Shown: one piece after another, positions 12,693-26,179 of the stretch
Layout: the number at the start of each line of letters is the position of its first letter
Numbering within the stretch: the first letter of the stretch is position 1
Origin: Callorhinchus milii
Lineage: Eukaryota
NCBI RefSeq assembly: GCF_018977255.1
Contig: NW_024704743.1
Coordinates: 38,194,001 to 38,258,000 of the forward strand
Direction of reading: 5' to 3'
DNA length: 64,000 bases
Notes under the pieces: model-generated
What the model saw: the letters and a program-made list of their open reading frames with translations, nothing else
What the model was told of the DNA's origin: nothing
Databases searched by the model: none
Made by a program: the position numbers and the translations under genes

Positions 12693-12893
12693 CTACGCCC
12701 CAAAACTCTGGAACGCTCCCCATCAGTCCCTCCGCCTTGCCCCCCCTCTCCCCTCTTTCATTTCCCGTCTGAAGACTTTCCTCTTCAACCATGCTTACGG
12801 CTACCTCCCCCCAGCTCAGAGTCAGGCTCCGCCACTGTTAAGCTCTGAGACGCTACCCTACGTGGAGGGTGCTATATAAGTGCAAGTTGATGT
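12693..12893 (+). mobile_element. L2 LINE 3' end
   Basis: Encodes APKLWN..P.SLRLAP.LPSF.SRLKTFLF; tail gctatataagtgcaagttg. Confidence 0.85.
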
Positions 12894-15800
12894 TATATAA
12901 TTTGAAGATTTTTTGATCTGTTCCACATGCCCTTTTTAGTTTAAAAAAACCTAATTCTTGTATTCTTTATACTCTTATTGATTTTATTTCAATTATATGG
13001 TTCTTGGTTTTAATTTTTTGCATGGCAGCAAAGATCTGAATGGAATGCTGATTTGATGCTCAGTTAAAGAATCAATTTGAGCAACTTCCTTTACTGGTTT
13101 AGCCAGAATTAACACAGCTTTTACCTGTAACAATGGATTAGGCATATGGAGATAAGCCTTTTAAAAGTGTTGCCGGATCTAATTCATTGTCCAGCGATTA
13201 CAATGACTAAGAAAGCTTGGAATTGATGATGCGTCTTTTTTTCCAATGACTGAGTGCAAATTTTCATTTCCTTCAGTTTTAAAGTGATCCAAGTTCTAAA
13301 AATATGACATGCAAATTCTTAGACTTAATTTTTGAGCCTTTCACTTTGAATAGTCACAACAAGCAGCAGATCTTGGTGCAGTTTCAAAGATGCTTGTAAC
13401 TAAGGGCAGTTTGATCACCCAAGCAATACTTACAACATCAGTCAAAGCCAGATGGATCGCCTAGTATGATGTCTGTGCACGACTGACAGCTGCCCTGGCT
13501 CAACAATTTGACCAGAACAAACAGCATTCTGTTTGCCAAATAGTAGAATGCATTAAAACCCTGTTGTCCTGTTTAAATAATAAAAATAATCCTTGCATTT
13601 CAGTCTAATTTGCTTTCTTCAATTTCCTGTACATATATTTTTGATGAATTACATAGTTATACTGAAATTCTTAACAACCGTTATACATTATGATTATACC
13701 CTTCAGAAATGTCAATGGAAGTATAGCTTAACAGCAGTTAATATCCTCTTAGCATTTATGAGCAAGTCCCAGAGGTAACAATTAGCTCTACATAATTTTT
13801 ACGTAATGGAACATGGATTTTGTTTCAACATAAAATAAGAGAACTTCCTTGCAGAATTTTTTGAAAGAAATTTTTTCAGCTGTAATCTATATAAATGAGG
13901 TCAAGTATTGCATGGGAAATAATGAAATGAATTTGGAATAATGTATCACTTACAGTGGCCAAATAACATAGGCACTTTAAACATTTACTCAGCAACACAT
14001 TTTGAATGGTTCAGAACTAGACAATTGCATTGCAAAATTTAATTAAAATAAGTGATGTGTGCAAGTGCAATGCAAACATCTCCAGTGGATGTTTGCATTA
14101 CAACTTGAGACCATGGAAAGATCAAAGATGTTGAGATTGGATGGGCTGTCGAATCAAACACAGCACATGTATGCTGCCACTAGATGTCACCACTGTACGA
14201 GGTCAAAGGAAGCTAAAACATTTAAGGCCACATTTTCATTGTTATATATTGAAGTTCACATTTTCAAGTAAGACAGCATAAAAGCATTAACAAGATTTCT
14301 TAGGAAAGGAACACGTTTCATTCTTTGCATTCATTGGGGTCAACATTATGGTATTCTTAATTAAGAAACTAATTTAAAATGTGTTTTGAAATGTACACAT
14401 TTGTATTGATTTTGGAATAATCGTAGCAATCAAACCCAGGAGAAAAATGTTGTGAATCACCATCTTGGATTTATGCTTCACAAAGCTGATGTTCTTGATC
14501 CTGGCAGCAGCCTTTCAGAATCCTTTTTAACTGCATATTGATTCAGTTAAGTTGTTACCTTCCTGGAAAGTGAATATTAAAAGGCCACAATTTACATCCA
14601 AAATTTCAATGGTAGGTTGCTAAAAAGACAGGAATCTTGACCCATGGTGTATTGGTCATCCAGGATCATCTTATTGTACACTGCACACCTCTTTAGGCCC
14701 AGTTGCAGGAACTTTTGAGGCAACTTAATTTGACAAATTTGCACGGGAACTGTAGGGAATGCCTTTTGAGACGGAGGCTGAGGCATATTGCTTGAGGCAG
14801 AGTATATGCAGATGTATTCTTCTGTCTGTTTTGTAGCTGACTAGGAAGCTGGCACTGGTGTCCAAAGTGGGAAAGTATTCCTTTCCCCGCCACTGGCAAC
14901 CATTACCCTGCTAAATGCAACAATTGATATGCGATTGCGTGAACAATGAATTTGTATTAATAGCATTAACCTGTCACAACTCTTTATCAGACATCGCATT
15001 GAATGAACTACAATACTCGGTGAGATGCGAAAGGTGACAAGACTAATCCTTTCTTTGTAAAAATGCTGCATTTTGTTTGCACATTGAATTTGCCTCTAGC
15101 TGTTTTCCATTCTAGAAATGTTTATTCTGCATCAGAGCATTTTTGTGATGTCTGAATACCAATATTACATTTCAGTGACCAGCATTTTAAGGTGGTAGAA
15201 CAAATGATAAATCGTGTTGGAATTACAGGCAATGATGCCTGGCCAGGACATTGGAATATGAATCCTGCTGTGAGGACAGAAAATTATAGTTGGCAACCCT
15301 TATTTTTTAAAAATGTAATATTTTTATTAGTGTCCTTTAATTCCTGGATTTAAATCTGTCTGTTTGAATTTGAAAAGTGTACCTGTTGAAAATAAATTTT
15401 CGCAGCAATAAACATTCAGATCACACACAATCAAGTTGTTACACGGCAGATCCAGGAATGCGCTGTTGTGTATTTACACAGTGATTTATTTCTCTGCTCT
15501 TTGCCTCTTTGTTCTGTGTATGATTAGCAGGCGCACTGGGGTGAAGTTCAGGCATGAGCAACATGATTAGATTAACCAGACACTCCTAAAAGTTGACCTT
15601 CACTCTGGAAACCAGGTTATCTTTGTAACTGGCAATAGGAAGTATCTTTTCTTTTTCAACAGCTATTATTCTTTGCTCCGACTTGAACATCTAACAAAAG
15701 TAATTGTGGGACAGTGCAGATTTAAAGTTAGATTGTCTTCTACCTACCTTTGTGTCTTATTCGGTTTCAGGCAAATTTGTAGTAGCTTTTCGAATTAAAA

Positions 15801-16211
15801 CATTTTACTTCCTCCTACAGTGTTTATAAAGGGTAGTATGTGTGTGGGGGTGGTGGTGGAGAGCAATGGTCTTAATTATCTCAGGAAAATAAATAGATTT
15901 TGGGTGCTAATTTTAACTGCTGTGGATTTCTAACATTTTGCAGTTTTCTGTTTATTTCACTTAAATTCGTATTTGAAACTTGTCCGTATTGATTCTCCCC
16001 AGCATTGATTTGTATCATCTATTGTAAATTGTCTACTTTAACTTGTTCAGTTTATTGAAGAACATGTGGACAATTGGGATTAAACTGTACCCAGCTTATG
16101 GCCACAATGAACTGAAGACTAATTAAAGCAACCAATAATTTGGATAATAAAGTGCACAGTGCATTTGGCAAGCCCTTGTAACGGTTGTTTGCTTTGGGTG
16201 CTTTTCCACAG

Positions 16212-16403
16212 AATGTATATGTAAACATCAACCGCATCATGTCAGTGGCCAATCGTTTACTGGAATCAAACCATTATGCATCTCAGCAAATCAAGCAGAT
16301 TGCCAGTCAGCTGGAGCTGGAGTGGAAGGCATTTGCAGCAGCGCTGGATGAACGCAGCACCTTACTTGACATGTCTGCTGTTTTTCATCAGAAAGCTGAG
16401 CAG
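16212..16403 (+). CDS. TRIO: TRIO coding exon C (192 nt): NVYVNINRIMSVANRLLE...SAVFHQKAEQ
   Basis: Acceptor cttttccacAG, donor CAG|GTCGGT. Spectrin-repeat sequence, in frame. Confidence 0.95.
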
Positions 16404-17169
16404 GTCGGTAACTCTTTATGGTCTTTATAACCTTCGGACAGTTCGGAACTGTCCCAGGTGCTTAACTTGTCTCACTGTGTGTTGTTTTAGGTGTATTTTA
16501 TGCTGCAGGATTTTCGAGCTTTTAAACTGTGAAACCTTGAATTGGGTAAACTAGCTCAATAATGAGTCAGCCTCTCTGAAAAGTGTTCCAGAGCAGTTTC
16601 ATTCCTCACTAAGTACTTAACCCCATGTAGGGCTGCAGTAATTTCATATATCCCGCTGTCTGCTTTTCTCTGATAATTTCTGTAGCCAAGAATAGGTTAA
16701 AATGACTCTCAAAGCTCCCCAGGCAATTACCACATGTGTTTTAATATATGAAGAATTTACCTCAATTTTGTTTTTTTTTAAAAAAAACACAGAATTGCTT
16801 TTGTTAATAATGAGACCCTACCAGCAGATTACCTCCATGTGGTAACTATTAGTTTAAAAATAATGTATTTTCCTGGTTCCTCCCTGCAGTTGCGACCGTT
16901 TTGTTTATCAAATAGTGAAGCACCCGCTGAGATGATACCAATGGTATTGAGATAATCTCAATGATATTGAGATAATCTCTTTAGTTTATATAACCTTATT
17001 ACTAATGCCTTTTGAGGCTGAGTGTAAACTTCTTCTTCACTGGCTGTTCATTTGCTTTCCGTGCAACTCTCCATTAGTGCTGAGTATTTTGTAAACTAAT
17101 AGATGTGAAAAAGATACCTAGCTATTTGGAACATCACTAGTAGTTACCAAGCATAGAACTTGTCGCTGG

Positions 17170-18300
17170 AGGTACAATATAATATACATTTATATAGCCT
17201 CTTTCATGTCGGGAGAACGTCTCAAAGTGATTCATATAGCTAACTGGGTACTGAACTAGTATCACGGAGGAGGAGAACTGAGTAGGGTGAGATGGGGAAA
17301 ATGACTGAAGCACAGTTGAAGAGGTACGTTTTTTGGATAGGGAAGGAGGGGGTGAGACATGGAGTTCCAAAGAAAAGGGGGGAGAATGTCTGAAAGCTCA
17401 CTCACTGCTGGTAGGACATATCGGGCGGGAGATATAAAGCAGGCCAGTGTTTGCTGAACAGAGGGAGTGGCTGTGTTTCTAAGATTTCAGGAGGGTGCAG
17501 AGGTAGGGTGGAGCAAAGCCATAGAGAATTTGAATACGAGGACAAGGAGCTTGAATTGGATTTGCTGGGGACTGAGGAACTAATGGTGGAGCCCAGCAAG
17601 GATGTGGGTGATAGCTGATTACTGAGTTGAGAGAAAGCTAAGTAAGTGAAAGCCGGGATATAGGGCTTGAAAGACAGTTGGAGTCAAACAAGGTTCAGCA
17701 CCATCTTACTGAGGTGGAGGAATAATCTATACAGGTTGATGTTGTCAGCACCTGAGGTGAGGAGGTGCTGACAGGAGCCAAACTGGAAAACCTTGGTCTT
17801 GTTGACGTTCAACTGAAGTTAGAGCTTATTCAGGTCTTGTTGTGGGACAGGCAATTAGTCAGAACAGGAGTGTTCTTAGAATTGAGGGTAGAGGCCGAGA
17901 GATAGAGTTGGGTGTCATCCACATACATGTGGAAATGGACCCATGGCCTGCGAATGATGTCAGCAAAAAAATGGTGAAAAGGAGGCGATCTTGAGGAACT
18001 TCGCATGTGACTGTGTGGGGGTAGGATTAGAGAATTAGAAGAGAGAAAGTGAAGACACTAAAATAGGTCAGGAAAGGACAGAACCTTGAAGAAGAATCAG
18101 GGAGGAAAGATGGTGGAAAAGGATGGCGTAGATGATTGTGTCAAGGTGGAGAGGACGACAAGAGGAATAAAGAGGAAGAGACAGCTCTGTTCGTAGATGG
18201 AGAGAATGCCATTGGCAATGTTGGCCAGGGCAGTATACATGTTGTGTGCAGTGTAGAAACAATGCAAGAGCCTCAAAAAGGGAGTGGTAGGAGAGGACGA
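17170..18300 (-). mobile_element. Old, degenerate L2 LINE fragment(s)
   Basis: gagatagagttgggtgtcatccacatacatgtggaa (about 17900-17935) matches the YADDTQLY region at 10755-10790; purine-rich like other minus-strand L2 copies. Boundaries approximate. Confidence 0.7.
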
Positions 18301-20889
18301 CACAAAGTTGGGAAATGACATTCATTTTTGGTACTGAAATTTGTGATTGAATGTTCAATATCAGCTCAAATTCAGATGGATTAACTTTTATCAGCCGACT
18401 TTATGTGGTGGTGAGAGGTAAACAGAATAGGCCTGTCTGATAATTTCCTGCCAAGGGCAATGCGCCTGCCGCTATGCTTCACAACAATATCACAATGTCA
18501 AAACATGTCAAAAAATCAAAAGTGGTTTGCATGATGAAGTTCTTTTAGCTCATTTGAGCTGACCCATCCAGAATATAGTCTTCCCATTAGATCATCAAAC
18601 TGTTTTTAAATTGGTCTAGCCTTCTGGTATTTGCTGCTGTTCCCGAGGAAGGGATACTGGTCTAATCATCTGTTTTAAAACAATATTCTTATTATTGCTC
18701 CAGCTGTTGATCACACACTGATTAACAAACTATTTCCCGGTATCCCACGTTTTCGCTTCATAACCTGAAGCCTGTCATCTCTTGTCCTATTGATTTTGCA
18801 TATTGTTTGGTCTTATTCTTTCTCAATCCCAATTAGAACCTTGTATGCTTCTGAAGTCCTCTGAGATGTCTCCTTTCAACAACAAAACTTGCATATCTAG
18901 AGCCCCATTCATTTAGGGTAGCGTCGCGGAGGTTGTCTTCAGCACGAGCTGATCTAGTCATTGCAAATCACTCATCGTTCTCTTTTTGGCCTGGCAATCT
19001 AGTGTTTTCTGGTTAAGATAATTTATCTAAAAAAATCATTGCCCAGTGACTGAACCACACTTGAAGTCTGTTGTGCATGCTGTGAGTTGTGGTCTGCTAC
19101 AGTGTTGTAGCCTGGAGCCCTATGATCAGACTAAAACTCTCAGCATGTCAAGTGTAGCCTTCAGCCAATCCTGTCTGTCTTAATAACTTCCTCTTTTTAT
19201 GAAAACAGCTGCTGTCGGGTCTTGGCTGCCAGGACAGTGCACAGAGCCTTGCTAATTGGTAACAAAACAAATAGCTGTAATTCTACTTTTAATTGAATGT
19301 ATGAAGATTGGAGGTTTTGATACCTTTTCTAGCTAAGATGGGAAGCATAATGGGGAGCAGTATTAAATGGAAGACTGGTAACCAGTTCACATATGCAGAG
19401 GAGAATAATGATATTGTTTTAAAGCTGGTCATTAGACCAAATATTTGAGTTGATTTTATATTCCAAAGGTCATCATATACCTTTATAGTCCATTTCAGTT
19501 GAATGCAAATTCCAGGGTATATTAGCACAGCATTTACATTTTAAGGCTGCTCAGCTGGTTACCAGCAAGTATTCAAGTTGCCTTGTATCCTAATCTGACT
19601 TTGGGGCTCAATAGTGATGCTTACACAATATGGGATTTCATAGACCTTGTGGCTTCTGTCTAATGACTCTAGTGATAGTTGATGGTTTTCTCTGAAGGTA
19701 TGGGAAATAGCTCCAAGATTCAGGCCTGCAACCCACAGAAATGAACCTTTTGTTACATATGAACTGATGCCTCATTCATTGACCTGACAGCTTTATGTAG
19801 TTTTTTTAGTATACAAACATTTTTTTCACATATGATTATGTGTGATATGATTGTTTAACTTTTAGACTGCAGCTGACCTGTAAAGTTCGAGAACTCTTTA
19901 GTTCTCATCAATTACTTTGTAATTTATTAATTAAGGTAATGAAAGTTTCAGGGTTTAAAGATTTGACAATCCTATTTGTCAAAATCAATATTTTGCTTGC
20001 TGATTTTTGTTCTTCTGATTTGGATGTTTTTGTGCCTCTTGTTTCACATATTTCTCACCCCTGTGGAAGAACATGTAAATGTCAAGTAGTTTGACAGGAT
20101 TTTGTCAAATGGAGAGAAGATTTTAGATTTATAAGTTTTGACAATTGACAATCCACCCCCATCACCCATGTCTGCAAGAAAATAGCTTGTGGTACATTAT
20201 ATTACAATTCAATTTAATTCTTTGAATAAAATCCTTCTTAAAAAAAATCTAAACTCTTTGTAAATGTCTGGTCATTCTTTGAAATTTGACTTCAAAATAT
20301 GATTAAAATGTGAAGTGGGAGTTCACATATTACTTTTCTCTGACAATTCATTAACTTAGTAAAAGGTCAAAGAAAGAATAAATTCAAATGCAGCGCAAGC
20401 CTCCATCCACCACACTTTGTTGGCTTTAAATCCTATTTTCTACCACTGCGATACTCTTTGTTTAAAAATTGTCCATATGCCAATATTGTAATATTTATAT
20501 TTGTAGATTTTTTTTTCAAAATTTCCCTCTAGTCCTTTGAATTTTGTGATTATTCATAGCTCCTTATTTAATGGTTGCAGTATTCCCATTTTACCATTTT
20601 GTTCTTGCAGATGTGACAATTTGTTTATACCCTGTTTATCAATTTCCTGGTAGGATTTACAATTCAGCAAACAAGATAACACGACAGCAGGATAACTCCC
20701 TCAGTTTTCTGCCTTGTATTTCCAATTTCGAGGTCATATACCCACATTTGGGGAAGTCTATTGTACTTGCAGAGCAAAGGCACTCTTTTTCTCCATCTTA
20801 CCATGATTTTATTCCATGTTTTTGCATCTTGTTCTTGTCTTGTTTCGTGTGATGTGTAAGACAGCAGTTCCCCATTCTGTTTAGTGAAG

Positions 20890-21112
20890 AAGAATATTAG
20901 ACAAACTGGGGCTCTTCAGAATTGAGAGAAGACTCAGGGGACTTCATAAAGGTATATAAAATGTTAAATGAGATTGATAAAATAAACTCAGATGACTACT
21001 TAAGGATGCAACAAGACCGTAGAACAAGGAGGTTTAGAGTTGTTCAGAAAGATACCAGAAAGTTTTTCTTTACTCAGTGGATAATCATGACTGGAACAGG
21101 TTGCCAGAAAGT
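20890..21112 (+). mobile_element. Old CR1 LINE ORF2 3' fragment
   Basis: Translation GDFIKVYKMLNEID ... RKFFFTQ.II resembles the CR1 C-terminus at 28588. Confidence 0.7.
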
Positions 21113-23194
21113 TTAAAGCAAACTTATCCAGAATTTGTAGCAGAAGTGAAAATGCTTCATTCAAATTATAGTTAAAGTCATTTTCTGTAATTTCTCCCTC
21201 TGTTCCTGTAGGAAGTGGGATAGTCTGTGCTTGGGGGTGGAATGATGGAAATGTAGATTTTATTTTTGAGTAGGAATCCACCTTCCCTCACACCATGGTG
21301 CAGCCTGACAGTGTTTCGGAGACTGGCCTGTGAGTATGCCATTGCTTTGGAATTTGACACTCGACCGAACAACAGTGTTATTGTAATACAGTGCATGGAA
21401 ATGCTAGTTGATTTTGGCAAGATTGGCCTGGTGTATTGACTGGTTGATGGCAAGCTTGCACCTGCCTTTTCCTAATGTTGGTGTTCCAGTTTGGGGAAGG
21501 GAGAAATGGTAAACAAAGGTCAGTTATCCTGAGCAATTATTATTCTACTTCCTGGAGTCTGCTAGCAAGGAGAGTCAAAGTAGCAGCCTTTAAAATGAAT
21601 TAAGTGCCAAAATATCAGAAGGTGTGTTTCTCTATGTGTATCACATAGAAATGGTATTTGTGAATTTTAAGTGTACTCGTAGACAATTCAGTCATTAGAG
21701 AGTTGCATGTGACCATTATTCATTATTTCTCTGTTTCTTATCAATGGCAATGAGGCTGATTTGACAGAATATAAATTATTGTTGAAATTAATCTTGTATT
21801 TTTTATAATATCCACTGTAAGTAAAATGGGTGTGTGCTGTGTGCTGAAAGTGCAGGTTGCCGAAGGTTAAAGGGAGTCTGTGTTCTTTTCAAAATGCCTA
21901 ATCAGGCAAGAGCAGGACATTTCTGCTTGCAGAAAATATTGCAGCGAAAGTCAGGCATAGTAAAGGATCAGAAGCAATTATCGTTGGAGTGCCTGAATAA
22001 ACCGTTGCTCTTTAAGGCTGCAGATGCTTATCTTATAGTTTTTATTGGCAAATACAACCCAACTGCTCGAATTTACATGCAAGTCCAGTTTAGTCCAAGA
22101 GTTAATTGTCTCCGTGGTTGGCAGCCATTGCTGTGTCTGCCGTCTTGACATTGTTTACAAGGCAGTTAGAAAGATCTTTTTCTCCTCGTTAGGTGAAGTG
22201 TATTTTCCTTGCAGCGTTTTATTTTAAAAAATACCCTTTTTTTAAAAAAAAAGGTCCTGTATTAATCTGATTTTCTTGAAGAGAATTCCTCTTACTCTTT
22301 TTGCAAAGATAATTGCAGGTTTACCCCCGCCCCTCGATACTAAAGGTTGTTGCCATAGTGAGCACTAAATAGAAATGTTTTAGTTCAATAGTCCAATAAC
22401 TGGTGTTGCTGGAAACAAGTGCTACCCAGATGTGTTTCAGGTGAGAACCTGAAACCAAATAATACTATGTATTTGGATGATACCAATTTAAGAAACATAC
22501 TGCAGCAGCATTGAGGAAAGAAAGGACATTGATTTGATTCCCGTTCTCTCAGTGCAGTTACTTGTTCACAGAACTTATCACTGACATCAGGTGAGAAAAT
22601 ATTGAGGTCTCGAGTTAAACCGAAAGCTTGCAACACTTTAGGTATACGGCATATTGCTTTAAATAACTATTTCTCTTTTCAACAAGGAGTTAGTGACCTG
22701 ATGTCCTTTTAAAATATTATGAAAATGTCCATGGTAAAGGGAAAACTACATTCCATTGGAAGTATTTTCCCTTCCAGTGACTTTCTCCTTCGTAAACAAT
22801 ATTTTCATATTGATTTGTGACAAATTGCTGGTATTGACTGTCCACCATCTCTTACTGTGTCTTAGATTGATGGGGGTAATGTACTAATAATAAATAATGG
22901 CTTATTACATCTTCGAGACGTCTCAAAGCGCTTCACAGGATATACTGTAAAGTGTAGTGACTGGCTTGTGGGCAAAACGCATGAAATGTAGCAGAAAAAC
23001 TGAACCAGCACATGGCTGTGTTGTAGGTTTCTCGAGATGTTCCTGTTTACAGTTGTTACCACGTATGAAGAAGCCAATAAGGAAGCTTCAGTTTCATAAA
23101 ATACATGGCCTGCACTTGCACCAAACATTGTCTTTATCATAGGAAATCAAAAACGGTTCTAGATTTGTTTACTGTTCGAGTCCTACTTAACCAA

Positions 23195-24276
23195 CCACCT
23201 CCATTTCATCTCGGTAAATGGGTTCTCCACCTGCGGAGTACCCCGGGTCTCCATTCTTGGCCCTCTTCTTTTCCTTACCTAGATGCTCCCTCTGGGCGAT
23301 GCCATCTGCAGACATGAGGTAAACTTCCAAATGTATGCAGATGACACACATTCTTTGCTTCCTTCAGTACAAACTCCAGGTTCGCCGATGTTCTATTAGC
23401 TTGTCTGGCAGACATCAGGGCCTGGATGAGGGCAAACTTCTGCAGCTGAATATGGACAAGATGGAAGCCATACTCCTTGGCTCCCGTCAAAGTCTTCACT
23501 CCTGTGGATCTAAACTTCTCAACTTCCCTGGGCTCTCCCTCAGACTCACCGAACCAGTGCGCCATCTAGGCGTCCGGTTCGACCTCCAACTGACTTCCCC
23601 CCCCAACATCCGGTCCCTGACTAGGACTGCCTTCTTCTACCTCCGCCACATTGCCCACCTCCGACTGTACCTTACCCCAAATGCAGCCGAAACCCTAGTC
23701 CATGGGTTTGTCACCTCCCGCCTGGATTACTCAAACACACTCCTCATTGGTCTCCCCAGCTCCACTATTCAAAAAATCGAGCTCATTCAGAGCTCTGGCA
23801 CCCACATACTGACCTGGACCAAACACCTTACCCACATCTCACCTGTTCTGGCCAGGCTCCACTGGCTCCCTCCCCATCACCGAATAATTGACTTCAAGAT
23901 CCTCACAATTGTGTACAAATCCATTCAATCCTTGGCATCTTCCTACCTCTCCGACCCCCAATCCACCATCCGGTACCTCTGCTCGAGTGGCACCAGCCTC
24001 CTACTCGTCCCTCGCACCCTCCGCCCCACCATCCTGAAAGTCTGGAACACTCTCCCTCAATCCCTCTGCCTTGCCCCCTCTCTCCACCTTTTCAAGTCCT
24101 GCCTGAAAACCTTCCTCTTCAACAGTGCTTACGGCCACCTACACCCTCACCAACCCCACCCCAACCCCCCTCCCCCCACCCCCACCCACCTGGGCTCGGA
24201 GTGAGACTCCACTACTGTTAAGTGCTCTGAGACATTACCCTGTGATGAGTGCTATACAAGTGCAAGTTGTTGTTGT
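23195..24276 (+). mobile_element. L2-clade LINE, 5'-truncated and degenerate
   Basis: gtatgcagatgacac (YADDT), LLQLNMDKMEAILLGS, HGFVTSRLDYSNTLL, LHWLP; tail aagtgcaagttgttgttg. Confidence 0.93.
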
Positions 24277-24740
24277 AATGCTTTCTGTTTTGAATGCTGT
24301 CTGTTTGTTGCTTTTTTTTAGTATCAGTAGATCAAAAAAAAAATGTGATTACTGCCCCAAAATTATGAGAAGCTGTACTCCTGGTACCTCTGTCAGTAGC
24401 TGCCTCTTAAATCATAGCATGTTTGTATTCAGTACAGGATCTTGAATACATTAATCAACAAGCCAGTTAAAATTCACAAAGGGTTCTTTCCATGAAATTT
24501 AGATTTCTAAATGATATGTTGTGGTTTTTCAGTTGGGTACTGTCCACTGTTAAAAAGGTAGTCTTTCTGGTAGTTTAGATTTATTCATGATAAATTAATT
24601 GGCTACATAGATTGATCTTCTGAAAGGGACTTCCATACAGATGTTGTCAGGACTGTATCTAAATCAAGCACATTTTTCATGAGGTTTTTAAACACTTTCC
24701 CCACTTGTTGGACTGTTAATTTTTGTTTGGAAATTATTTG

Positions 24741-24903
24741 TACAATTGGCATCAGCAACCAATGAGCTAGGGAGGGAGTACAAAAAATAATTCAACCTAG
24801 CTTCCTGTTCCTGATCACCATTGAGTGAATCTTGCAAGAAAAATCAGTTTGTGATGATGTTAGGATCACAGTACCAGGCTTGGTTACAATGCTCCATGGT
24901 TGC
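24741..24903 (+). mobile_element. LF-SINE-like relic
   Basis: tacaattggcatcagc ... gctagggaggga ... ttcctgttcctgatcac resembles the recalled LF-SINE core (CTACAATTGGCCTCAGC...GGCTAGGGAGGGG...TTCCCGCTCCTGATCGC). Confidence 0.6.
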
Positions 24904-25190
24904 ATACCATGTAACTATTGTTTGTTTGCTAATGAAGAATATTTGCTTGAACAAAGTATCGTAGAAGTCACTGGTTTCCAGAGGAAAGAGTGAGGGAGAA
25001 AATGGGGAGGAAAAAATATATGGGGTGGGGGACATTAATAAGGAAAAGAAACTGCAAGATATAGATGAGAGACTGGTAAACAAAACCGTTTCCATGTGAG
25101 TGAGATGCACACAGTGAGAAATCGAGTAGATGTTCAGAGGGGAAGTTACAGAAATGGAAATTGCAAAAAGAAAACCGACTAAAACAGAAT

Positions 25191-25430
25191 GCCTGGCTTA
25201 GGGAGGGGATGAATCAGCCAGCCGCCCTGCTCTTGATGCTTCCCAGTTTCTCCTGTTGGAAAATCTGCAAGTATTCGTGTCAGCTGAGGCTTCGACTCGG
25301 CTGTGGTGCCCTGTCTAGTAATCTCAAACGTTACTTGAAGAGTTGTCAATTGGATGGCAGCTGACACCCATAAAACTCTACCTGAACAAGAATTTGTGGT
25401 CAGGAGATGAAGAACACATTGGGGGATGGG
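25191..25430 (+). mobile_element. LF-SINE-like relic
   Basis: cctggcttagggagggga.gaatcagccag ... gctcttgat ... cctgttggaaa ... ctcggctgtggtgccc resembles the recalled LF-SINE core and the copy at 24741. Confidence 0.6.
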
Positions 25431-26047
25431 GGTTATTGACCACATAATAAATTAAAGCAAAGTGTTAAGGTGCAAGAATGACCAAACTTGATCAATGGGA
25501 AAATTATAAGGGTGTTAAGAAATCCTAAATTTTAAGTTTAAAATGAAAGTTCCCATACTGCATTCTGAAGTCATCAAAAGATATGATGATGTCACCTCTA
25601 AAACGGATTCAGCTGTGTTATCAAGGTAAGAGGCAGGAATGCACAATTGTATCTAGATTATGGCAGCATCTACCTCTGGTCAGTAGAACTTCGAAAATAC
25701 TTATTAAACATGTTTTCGACATTGTCTTTGCTTTGCTTTTTAAGAGGCTCAGCCTCATAAATGCCAGCAGTTAGCTTGAGTTATGAACTGAAGGTTCTTC
25801 TGTTCCCTGTTGGAAGATGCATTGGTTGCAAGTTAGACACTTAAATCCATAGATATTAGAATATTTTGCTTTATATCCTCACATGCTTAACATCATTATT
25901 ATTGTTATTATTATGCTTAACATCGCCCTTCACCCACTCTAAAAAAATATGCAGTACTGTTGATTTTTGAGTCACTTCTAACATAATCTTATAGCAGATA
26001 TTCCACAGTGTATTTATATCATTGACTGTGAAATTTCTGTTCTCCAG

Positions 26048-26179
26048 TATATGAGCAATGTGGATTCATGGTGTAAGGCCTGTGGGGAAGTGGAACTTCC
26101 CTCAGAACTGCAGGATTTGGAGGATTCAATTCACCATCACCAGGGTTTATATGAACAAATAACATTGGCATATTCTGAG
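26048..26179 (+). CDS. TRIO: TRIO coding exon D (132 nt): YMSNVDSWCKACGEVELP...QITLAYSE
   Basis: Acceptor ttctgttctccAG, donor GAG|GTAAGT. In frame. Confidence 0.96.

Noticed and set aside
15490..15560. Pyrimidine/UGC-rich acceptor (attagCAG) upstream of exon C
   Set aside because: The nearest GT donor gives 10 or 13 nt (frameshift); the in-frame option needs a poor GC donor, and the frame otherwise hits TGA.
16940..16979. 20-bp tandem duplication containing a small palindrome (attgagataatctcaat)
   Set aside because: Only two units; ordinary slippage duplication, not an array.
23335..24204. 289-aa ORF, and the 217-aa ORF at 9934-10587
   Set aside because: Decayed L2 ORF2 fragments with frameshifts around the YADD motif; not host genes or functional RTs.
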